NCBI GenBank assembly: GCA_020137815.1
Contig: CM035359.1
Location: 2,790,001-2,854,000, forward strand
Origin: Hormiphora californensis
Lineage: Eukaryota; Animalia; Ctenophora
Direction: 5' to 3'
Length of the DNA: 64,000 nt
Below the pieces are notes generated by a model, which was not told the origin of the DNA, searched no databases, and saw only the letters and a list, made by a program, of their open reading frames with translations. The position numbers and the translations under genes were made by a program. The first letter of the stretch is position 1. Each line of letters opens with the position of its first letter. This document shows, piece after piece, positions 44,321 through 55,500 of the stretch.

Positions 44321-45238
44321 ATGATGGAGTGGAATCCCAAAGACCCTGCCCCTGACAAAGTTACGAAGCTGTATAACATGATTCGTAACAACACATCGCC
44401 TGGTTCAATGAATAAGTTTACTCCAGATGAGCTGCACGATATGATAGGTAGAGGAATGCCTATTCCTGATATCAGTATTGAAACATTTAATGGGAGGAAG
44501 TACATGAAGAACAACCTAGCGTATTTTCTGGCGGAGTCATGCAATCTACTTTTTGATCTTGCATTCCCCCTGGGGAGTAGGAGACCGTCAACTTCCAGTG
44601 TTGATGGGGAGGACGAGAGGAACAGCCTACAGAAGGAGCTGGCTGATACCCACCGTAGGATAATTGATCTTCAAGATCAAGTTATCCAACTGAAAGATGA
44701 AATTCGAAATGTTGAGTCTGCAGCTTTGACTAAGACTGTACAGCGTGACCTGAAGAGCTATTCAGCTATCTTGACGCAGAACTGTAGTGCCGCACTAGCT
44801 CCGATGAAAATCCAGGAAGCTGTCAGTAAAGCATCAGTCCCAAGAGCTGACCAAGAGGACCGCTCCAAGAATCTGATGATTTTTGGGCTGCCTGAGGAAC
44901 CTGCTGGAGGTGCTGTGGATGCCACGGTGACGTCTCTGTTAGAGGAACTGAACGAGAAGCCACTTCTGGACAGCTGTATCAGGTTGGGATCTAAAGTTGA
45001 GGGTAAGGTTAGGCCTGTTAAAGTGACATTGCAGTCTAGAGACAGTCTCCTTGTTCTTTTGAGAAAGGCGTGTGAGTTGAGAAAGTCTGGCAGTTATAGC
45101 CGTGTTTATATCGAGCCTGACAGGAGTTTTGAAGAGAGGGTTGAAAGGAGGAAATCCATTAAAACTCTTAACGAACTGAGACACGAGCACCCAGAGAGAA
45201 AGTATATTTTGAGAAAAGGTGTGATAGAGTGCATCTAG
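44321..45238 (+). CDS. Non-LTR retrotransposon ORF1-like protein (coiled coil + RRM-like/CTD), 305 aa, intronless
   Basis: A heptad-rich coiled coil (SLQKELADTHRRIIDLQDQVIQLKDEI) is followed by RSKNLMIFGLPEE..RLG..RPVKVTL..VYIEPDRSFEERVERR, the motif order I recognise from invertebrate LINE ORF1 proteins. No endonuclease or reverse transcriptase ORF follows. Confidence 0.7.
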   Translation: MMEWNPKDPAPDKVTKLYNMIRNNTSPGSMNKFTPDELHDMIGRGMPIPDISIETFNGRKYMKNNLAYFLAESCNLLFDLAFPLGSRRPSTSSVDGEDERNSLQKELADTHRRIIDLQDQVIQLKDEIRNVESAALTKTVQRDLKSYSAILTQNCSAALAPMKIQEAVSKASVPRADQEDRSKNLMIFGLPEEPAGGAVDATVTSLLEELNEKPLLDSCIRLGSKVEGKVRPVKVTLQSRDSLLVLLRKACELRKSGSYSRVYIEPDRSFEERVERRKSIKTLNELRHEHPERKYILRKGVIECI

Positions 45239-45426
45239 AACTCACCAAATTTTGCCCCACAAGCTTGTGGAGATCATCTTCCTGTTTTAAATGTCTATCT
45301 TTACAAGTATCGATCTCTTCGCACGGGGCAGGACTCAGTATGTTTAATATTTATTTATTTTCATTGCTGTATTGTCCACCATTAAATTTTCCAGCCAGCC
45401 AGTCTCTCTCTCACTCTCTCTCTCTC

Positions 45427-45492
<66 letters not shown>

Positions 45493-47021
45493 CGTTTCTC
45501 AACTTGTTGTTATTGAGGTGTTATCCACTCAAGGAGATTGCCACGTCCTCATTTTATTAGCTGAGAATCTACAGACTTGAGTTTATTCTGATACAAAAGT
45601 GTCTTGTTACTGTTTTTGAAATGATATTAGTATATTCAGTCGTTCAGAATTCAGATCGTATAAACAAGATGAAAACAAGATGAAAATATACTATCATGAC
45701 AAGATGAAAATATACTATCATGACAAGATGAAAATATACTATCATGACGCATGAGCTTCATATCCTCATGCGAGATACAAGTCTTCCCGAATTTTGATAA
45801 AATTCCATTCCCCCTGGACATTGAGTCCAGTGGACACCCAGAAAAAAGGGGAGCCTGGGGTGGTGACGTGTTGTTATTTCTTGTTAGTTAGTTTCTCCAT
45901 GGCATATTATGCAGTATTTTGCTGTATTTTGCTGTATTTTGCAATTCGCTGCTGCAGAAGAATAACATTTATTTGCCTACCTAGCCTTCTGCAATGTTTG
46001 TTTCTCATGCCCCGAGTTTTTCGGTTTTTGGTAATATTTATTCGTACTCGGACTGGTATAGTTCACACAACTTTGTTTAGTCCACATAGAATTCTTGTTA
46101 ATTATAACATATGTCATCACTCCATCCCTCTAAATCCTGACTCTCCTTGGCTTCATTATGAATGTACGCTTGCATTGGAAAAATATGTATATAAGTTGTT
46201 TGGTGTTGAGGAATAGACTAGCTTATTTGAATTGGAATGAACTGACCCTTTTCCGCTTGTTATTGATGCGTGGGAAAATACATTGCTTGTTTTGACTGTC
46301 CGGTATATATTGCACCGTTCTAGAAACACACAGCCGATGTTGTGTTTGTCCTACCGGTGATTGGGTAGTTATGTTAACTTCTTGTGTTGTAGCTCGAGAA
46401 AATTAGTACATGACATAGTCTAGCGCAGTGAGATATAGAACTAGAGCAAGAACAGCTCTATCCTTGGCCCTTGCTAGACCGTGACGTTATAGATGCCAAA
46501 CTATAGCTGGTAGTCAGATAGCGTGTAATAATGAACAAGATCGTTAGTACCACAGCGTGATTATATAATACATGGAAATTATAGAATTCCTGGAATCTCT
46601 TCGTTATCTAAACAACACAGTATCCCTCATGATAGCAGTTTTTTATTTTGACAGCGCTGCACTACCGGTCCCTTTTATATATGTTTGCCATCGTCGGGCA
46701 GCGACCACAAGGGACTTTTTTCCTGTCCTCGCCCGCTCTAACATCTGTTACTCCCTCAGTACCGCAAGGGCTTCTCCCTGCTCCTATCTCGTAATATATA
46801 CCACATGGCTTTTCCTGGTCAAGCACCAGAGAAAATAAGCTACGAGGCGGGTGATTTTTTAGCAAATCCGCTTATTAACTTCTAGTTTCTTCTGTAGATC
46901 TTTGAAATGTTTTGAGTTCTTGCCATGTGGGCACTGAAATTAAATTTCTATACTGAACAGCTGCAAACACAAAGCTCCCACTAGACACGCCCTCTCATTA
47001 CCTCTCTGTTCTATCTTCTTT

Positions 47022-47195
<174 letters not shown>

Positions 47196-48142
47196 CTCTC
47201 TCTCTCAGTCTCTCAGTCTCTTTCTCTCTCTGGACTCATCAGACCTAATCATTGCTTGTCAGTTACTGCTGTGAGCTTAGTATGAAATTATAAAATTTAT
47301 ATGAAAGTTTGTGAAATTTCGTTCTCGCTTGTCTGTCTCAGGGATAAAATATCATCCCTGAGCTGGCTTTTTTTGATTTATGGCCAAATCCCACTGCATA
47401 AATATAGGCCGAACGCCAAATTGGTCAACGACAACCATTCCCCAGTGCAGCTACCTGCTTGTTTACATTTGTATTAAATATGCTACCTGCTTGTTTTCAT
47501 TTGTAACATTATATGCAGTAGGTGTGTGCTGCTGGATTTTCTCTCAACACTCACTCAACACTCACTCACTGATATACCTCGAATCGAGACACCTAGAATC
47601 TGTAGATGATATTTATCATTATTATATATGTTGATTGTCCTATATTTTATCTAGCCATGATCTCTTTTCTTTTCATTGTTTTTCTATGGAACTTTTAGAT
47701 CTTCATCCTACCATCATATGATAGATCTAATCTATGTAGGGAGAGGGAAAGAACAAGAGAGTCAGAGAGAGATAGCTGACGAAAAAAGAGATATAAATTA
47801 TTAAGAGAGATATAAAGAGAGATAACGAGAGAGATATAGAGAGAGATGTAGAGAGAGAAAGAGAGAGAGATAGAGAAACTTAACTAGATGCAGACAATGA
47901 GAAGAGAGTATGATGTGTACACAGCTGATGTTGTTGTTCTATCGTCTGTGCTACTTGTGTTGTGTGAATTTAGTGTTTTCACGGTCTCTTACTTCCACTA
48001 TAACTGAGCAGTAACACAGTACACAACTTCACTGAAGAACATTGTTTGATGTGGCAGTTGTATCGTACACTTTATCATGGTTTTTTGAGAGAGAGGGAAA
48101 GAAAGAGATAGAGATAGAGAAAAGGAGAGAGAGAGATAGGTA

Positions 48143-48713
48143 GGGGGGGGGGGGGGTGCAGCCCAAAAAATGATCAACCATACCCTGGATTTTCAAAAGT
48201 GCTGATTTTTTTTGGTCGTTTTTGATTTTTTTTGACTTTTTTTGATCTTTTTTTATTTTTTTTGATCTTTTTTGATTTTTTTATATCGTTTTTGATTTTT
48301 TTTGAACTTTTTTGATCGTTTTTGATTTTATTTGATCGTTTTTGATTTTTTTGAACTTTTTTGTTCAACATTAAACATTTAAAAATCAAAAACGATCAAA
48401 AAAATTCAAAAACAATAAAAAAAATCAAAAACGACCAAAAAAAATCAAAAACGACCAAAAAACATTAAACATTTAAAAAATCAAAAACGATCAAAAAAAT
48501 TCAAAAACGATCAAAAAAGTTCAAAAAAATTCAAAAACGATCAAAAAAAATCAAAAACGACCAAAAAAAATCAAAAACAACCAAAAAAATCAAAAACAAC
48601 CAAAAAAATCAAAGAAATTTCAACCAAAAAAAAACCAAAAAAAACCAACCATACCCTGGGTTTCGGAAAAAGTTTGATTTTTTTTTTGGGCTGCACCACC
48701 CCCGACCCACCCC
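48143..48713. mobile_element. Foldback-like element with G/C-run termini
   Basis: Ends G(n)TGCAGCCCAAAAAA and TTTTTTGGGCTGCACC; the interior is (TTTTTGATCG)n followed by (CGATCAAAAA)n. Confidence 0.65.
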
Positions 48714-50809
48714 AGTGCAGCTACTGCTTGTTTACAGCTTGTCATTAAAACTGTTGTTTCATTTGTACATTAATAGCAGTAGGTGTGTGCTGCTCGGGAT
48801 TTCTCAACACTCACTCAACACTCTCTGATATCTGAATCACTCACTATCTATCTCGATCGCCCTATCTGTAGATGACCTTCTTCTATCTATTATTTGTTGT
48901 CCTATCTTTATCTAGTCAGATCTCCCTCCTTCTTTTTTCTATGGACTTTAGATTTCTTCTTACCTCTATGTGCCCTCTAATCTATTGAGCTGCTTGAAAA
49001 AAATATAATTATGTGGACGAGATCTGTACCATGAAAACAACTAGTTATTGCAGCAAGGAGTATGATGGTACACTGTTGTGTTGTCAATCGTCTTGCTGCT
49101 TGTGTTTTGAATCAGTGTTCTACGGTCTCTCTTCCACTATATAAGGTGCTTAAATCAGTCAACACGTACCCCACTTCACTGAGAACAATGTGGCCAGTTG
49201 TATGTTATACTTTATCATGTTTTGAAGAGAGGAAGAAAAGATTAGATAGAAGAGCAACAGGAGTGAGAATAGTCGAGAATGAGTTTTTAAGCCTCATTAC
49301 AAATTGGTAGACATAGTGTGCTGTACTTTGTAACTCGGTGCACTTATCATTCACTCTCATCTACTCTCTTTTTTAGCCACTTTCTCCTCTTCATTCCAAT
49401 ATTAATTCTGAATGTACATCGATATCCTGTTTATGGTATTCTTGCTACTTGTCACGATTTTCTTTTTTTAATACTTATAAATTCACTCTTTTCTATACGA
49501 TGTATTCACTGTTCTTTCGATATTTTGCATAGTTTAATATCCGATATGACAATATGACATGTTAGATAGTTCATATTCGATGTAATATTTTGCTGATAAA
49601 ATTGAATGGTTTCATGTATCACTTTGATAATGGTCAGCTTTAAATCCATTATCATACCATCATGGCTGAAAGGTTTTTTAATGCAAGTGGCCACTTTAAC
49701 ATCGGTTTTTACAATTTGTCCCATGTTTGGGATTCTTAGAAAAGTAAATAATCATACTGTTTTTGTTCCTCCATCCTTGTCCTCCTTGTACATTTCTCAG
49801 TAATTGAGTTTCACAAAACCCAGATAGATGTCAGATCTAGGATCAACTTTAGAGGCACACTGATATAGTTAGAGGGATAGAGTGATGACAGAGAAATGTA
49901 GGGATAGAGATAGAGAGAGACAGAAATATTTAGAGAAATGTAGGACCAGAGGTAGAGAAATGTAGGGACGGGAGGATGGGAGATGTAACTGACACTACTG
50001 AGAACTAATGGAATCTATAGCTGATCCTTGTAGCAGGTATAGCTCTATAGTTCTCTTACTGTAAGCCTCTCCTCTCCATTACTTAATATTTTAGCATTAG
50101 TTAAAGTTTATTACAGATTGAGACTTTATAAACTTATTTTCTGCTGCATTTTCTGAATGATGTATTTCTCTTATAGAATTCAATTTTTCTTGCATTTATA
50201 GTTTCTTGTGGCTCTCCCATTGCAAGTACATATTACTATTTGTTTTCTGATTTCTCGGAACTTATTGTTTTACGGTCACGCACAGTGTTTGTTTTGGCTT
50301 CTTAGAAAAATCTACACACGAACAGAGTACGAGACTGAGACAGCGAGAGAGAGCGACAGAGGTCTGAGGGCTATAATCTAGCTATAATGATTAAGAAACA
50401 GTCATACTACATGGCTGTAACATCATGCACGCTGCGAGATTTACTTGAGCCCGGTTCGGAGAGGGCAGTCTTTTGGGTGATAGCTGTGGAATTGCCGTTG
50501 TGAAAGTTTTGTAGCGATGTTGCCTTGTGTTTTTAGAGGCAATCGCTCGAACATTAAGTTAATGATGTTTTTGATACTGCGATTGATTTTCTTCCTAATG
50601 CCCCGTTTTCATATCGTTTCATCCAGCCATTTTTACTAATTTCCCCCTTTCCCTTTTTGTGAAGAGACTTCCTTTCTAGTTCACTAGAAAAGAAGTCTCT
50701 TCATGAATTTCGCCGCCAATGTCACCCCCACACGTGCTGCGTGTTCAACATCATCTTTCACTAGCTAATGGTAGAAGGTATGGTGATGGCATTGGTTCGC
50801 ACCCACAGA

Positions 50810-51385
50810 AGAACACCTTCTTTCCAGCTCCTTCAGAAACCCATAAAGACAGAGTACAACAAGTCGTATGGAACCTTTCTCGATCTCGTGGCTATCGATG
50901 AAGCTGGTTAGTGTTTGTTATAGCTGTTGTACTATACTAGTGTACATGTGTTTGTTCTGCATGTAGTTTCGGAATTCAGAATTCGAAACTTGGTTAAATG
51001 CTGTTCACAGCACTATCTCTCTTGAAACTCCCTCTATTATATCTTTTCGTTTTAATGAATGGAACCGAATCCGGAACATGTGATGTTTCATTTAAAGTGC
51101 AACTAAAATTAATGTGGGAAAGCACGGCCCCTAACCCTACCTCCCCCAATTCCAGGAAAAGCACGGCCCCTAAATCTACCTCCCCCATTCCAGGAAAAGC
51201 ACGGCCCCTAACTCTACCTCCCCCATTCCAGGAAAAGCACGGCCCCTAACCGAAAGTGAGCTATCGGCCCGTTCAGAGAAGCTGAAAGAGTTAACACGCA
51301 AGATCCAGTCCTACCTTGAAGCGGCCAGGAAATCGGTCATGACGAATTTACCACGGGTAGATAAGGATGTGGAACAGATAAAATG
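50810..51385 (+). CDS. 3' exons of an unidentified protein-coding gene
   Basis: An exon ending at about 50905 (RTPSFQLLQKPIKTEYNKSYGTFLDLVAIDEA-G|gttag, phase 1) joins in phase to exon 51232-51385 (GKARPLTESELSARSEKLKELTRKIQSYLEAARKSVMTNLPRVDKDVEQIK*). A further exon may lie at about 50305-50500. No family recognised. Confidence 0.45.
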
Positions 51386-52010
51386 AGATATATCAATTCC
51401 TTGCCCCAGGGTGACTTCTAGTGAAGGAGATCATGTGAACGTGTGGGTTTTGCTTGTATCAAGCAGAGGTGTAATACTGATAAACTCGCGGGAGAGTGGG
51501 CGGGTAAAAGACGATCTAAAACTGAGAGTATGTTAGTTTGTGGAGTATGTTTGTTTGTGTGACCATGACAGTTTGTGGTATGATGTGATCTGTTTGTGTA
51601 ACAATCTGCGTATGATAAATGTGGGATCATGACCATAAAAACACGCGTTCTATCTTAATCTAGAGGAGATTTGTGATGAAATAAGGTTTAAACTCTTGTT
51701 TGTTTATGTATGTGAACTATAAAGACAAACAATTTTGTGAATTTTAACAACCTATGACGGTGGTGGTTTGACAATTTGACACACGTGTCTGTTTCTTAAT
51801 GCTTTTACATATAGTTTGGTGAAATGGCTACCCTAGTAAACTCTATCTGGTGGCGCCGACCAGTTTTAATTCTCACGACAGTGCACTCAGATCAGGTCAG
51901 TGCCACCATTGAAAGAATCTCGACAAGTATTATATTATAGAGGTAGACTAGGGTAGCCTCACCGAGCGTGTTATTGAAAATGATGCTGTGAAGAGGGTAA
52001 ACTGTTTTGT

Positions 52011-52382
52011 GGTAGGCGGTAAATGTTAACCAGATCTGTGAGAATTTCGCACTTTTTTGCCCATAACTCAGCCATTTCTTGACCAATTTGCAAAATCTTT
52101 AGCTCATTGGAAAGAGGACATTGAGATCTCTCAAATGAGCTCAAGAAAATGAAAATTGGCGCAAATTGCGCGGCGTGGTGGCGAAAACGCGCATTTTGCG
52201 CCATGACGCCGCACATTTTGTGCCGATTTTAGTTTTATTGGGCTCATTTAAAAGAGCTCAATGTCCTCTTTCCAACGCACCCAAGATTTTGTAAATTGGT
52301 CAAGAAATGACTGAGTTATGGACAAAAACGTGGTTTTGCACGTACGTTTTCTCTCAGATCTGGTTAACATTTACCGCCTACC
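52011..52382. mobile_element. 372-bp palindromic MITE with a 9-bp target-site duplication (Mutator/Merlin-like)
   Basis: CTGTTTTGT at 52002-52010 and 52383-52391; terminal inverted repeat GGTAGGCGGTAAATGTTAACCAGATCTG; further internal inverted matches. Confidence 0.85.
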
Positions 52383-52592
52383 CTGTTTTGTACAATAAGT
52401 GTAGCTTTCAGCTTTTAGTTTGTAAAAGAACAATATCAGTGGTTTTAAGATCGCCATATAAAATGAGTCTTTATCGTTTAGAGTTTAGAGTTGTAGACCT
52501 AATACAGTCAAGTCACGACTGAGGCAGGAGCCAGGAGTGCTATTGGTATACCAGTCAGTTACAAAGTAAAAATCAGTTCAGTTCAGAAAATA

Positions 52593-55500
52593 TTATAAAG
52601 TTTCGCACAGAAACGGCGTTTCATCCGTTATTGCTGTTATGGACTTATGGCTCGTTGCCATGATTGGGTTCGTTGCTAGGATACTCGTTGCTATGGACCT
52701 GGGATCCGTTGTTATGGGACTCGTTGCTATGGACCTGGGATCCGAAACTACTGGTGTCAGTGTGTCACTCTCTTCCTCTGAAAGCATATAGGGTGTGAGA
52801 GTCACTCTGCGAGTCTACCACAGGAGTGTATTACCGTCGGAAAGACACAATATGGGGGAAAATGGCCAAAATATTTTACAGTTTTTTACCATGCAAAGGA
52901 AGGTGATGAACAACGGTTTTACTTGGTCTTCTTATGCACACTGTTCCGCCTGTTGGATGCTGTGTTTGGTCGACATCAGACAACTCTAACTCTGAACCCT
53001 TCGACCTGAAACATGATCAGAGTTCAACTCTAATTGTACTAAGTTCAAAACTTTGACTGTTGTTTTCAGTTTTTAAACTAGACGTCGGAACGAGAAAACA
53101 AAAAGTTGTTTACCTAAGATCAAATTCCTCTAAAGAATCACTAGCCGTACCACCATCGGAAACTCCATAAAACTCTCGTTCATCAAACAGCCATTCGTCC
53201 TCTTCTTCTTGTCTCTGCAGTTCTATTACCCCGGGAGAAGATGGTCGTACCTCCCATCGCTTTCTATCGCCTGGTTGGGTAATAATTGATGAGCCATACC
53301 ATAATAACAGATCATAATATTATTGCAATAGTAACACGTTTAATTTGATTGATAGTTGCACTTGTGCATGAGGAGTAAATTAGTAAACTACTGGTAAGTG
53401 GTAGTCTCCTACCATCAGTAGTAGGGCTTGCTGCTGGTGACAGTGTAGTGCTTCGTGTCATTCTGGGGGACAGTCTCATCGAGTTGTTGAAGCATGCCTC
53501 GAAGGTTGGTGATGGTGGTGGCCGTTCTTCAACAAGACACAAACTGGTCTGCTCAAGGGTTAGGCTCAGGGGTGTCGTTGTTCTACCCGCCTTAGAATCT
53601 ACTACCTGGTTCCGGATACAGGTTTTGGAGATATTATAACAATTAGACTTAAAGTATCAGAGTTATAAAAGATTGATGTTCATTATCTACCTTGTATTGT
53701 AGGGGGGGGGGCGCGGGGGAGGTGCAACAGCACAATATCTACCTGTTCCTCTGGTTGCTCGGGTGATTCCCCAACACTCTCCGATGACCGAGGGTACTGT
53801 TGTTCAAAAGTAGTTTCATAGCTTCCACTGCTCTCAGAATTCATCTCGCACGGATTTTGGATAACTACCGAGGGAGAATTATCATTGTTTCGTTTATCAA
53901 AGGTGGTAGAGTCAAACAATGTCCGAGAGTGCTTTTTCATCTTTTTCTTCCCTCGGCACGGTTTTTGGGGCGGAGTTTTTGGTGTAAGTTGACGTTGGAG
54001 AGAAGGTACTCGAGCGTACTGAAAATAAAACAAAAATGAACTTGCAGATATATAAGAAAACAAACTCCTGAGATACGGTTGGTGCACTAAAAATTAAACC
54101 AGGGAAAATGGAGCTACTCAAATTAAAGTTTCACCTGTCAGGCCAATGCTCTGACAGAATTTTACCTTGTTGATGTTTTCAAGGAGTTCCAGTAACTTTT
54201 TCTGCGCTGCTTCCAAGTTGTTTTTATCCGTATGGGACAAGGGAGTTTTCTCGTTTATGTGCTGTAGAAATACAGGCAACCTAAAACATGTGAGTTAGTA
54301 AAACTGAAAATATTGGATTCAGAAAGTATTCTGTTGGTCATATTTTGTTTGGTTCTATGATTGTTTATGTTCCTATGATCATGTATCTACAGTACTAGAC
54401 GTTTACCGTTGCAATCGTTGTATCGGTTTCTCAAATAAACGTTTCACGGACTCTAAATGGTTTATATCTGCCTCCCAGAGCAGTACACGGAATTCTTCGG
54501 ATGATGCTTCTAACGCAAGCAGCACTTGAAGACTTGTTTCCTGTTTCAGAAGATAATAAAAGTAGGAATTGGATGATTAAACAAAGATTTTCTGATTTAT
54601 CAGAGAATCTTTGTTTAATCACCCAATTCCTACTTTTATAAACTAAACAGGCGTCATTAACTGAATTGAGGTACGAGGTATTCGTTCTTTATAGCATCCA
54701 ATTGCCCTTAAGTACCTGTTTTATGACGAAGGGAACGTAGCAAGCGAAATGTGGTATCACTCGTAGTAGGAGTCTGCCAACTTCAACTTTCTCTAAATGC
54801 TAAAAAGGGCGGATGTTAAGATGCAAGATAATATTGCACTGTCTGCCAGTGCACGTGTGCTGCCTGAAGAAATCAAAAAGTATGCAAATAGGGATCTCTT
54901 TGAATTTGAGTTTAATTCTATAGCTTTCTGCCCGCAACAATGAAATATGTAAGTCAGTGCAGTCAGTGTATGATAGAAAATTTACACTCTCAGCACTCTC
55001 AGCTATTATACTGTTTGACACACACCTGAGAAGAAAGGAGGCTGGAGCAAGAGAGAATAAAACTGCAATTTAAAGCTCATCAACATTTAAATGAGTTTCG
55101 TATCAAGACTCCAATGATAGCAAAAAGTAAGACACATCTCAGAGCACACAGTGGTTTTTAGGTGGACATACGAAAAACAATTTTTTTTCTAAAAATGGTT
55201 CTATCCGATAGGGTATACCGGGGTAATTTGGACGGTGGGGCAATGTGGTCACAGGACGGGGCAATGTGGACTAGTGATTTATATGGTCAGTTTAAATTAC
55301 GTCTGTACAAATTAGCAATTTTTTTCAAATAGGCTTATTGGTATGATAACTAATTGTGTAGAGAATTCTTAATACCTTATCTGGTCAGAAAGTAACTAAA
55401 TGATCATTATCTGAAGGAACGAAGTCAATATCTGTTGTGGAGCCGGAGATATAAGTGCAAACTTTTGTGGAGCACATTTTTTGTGGAGCAGGGCTGTAGT

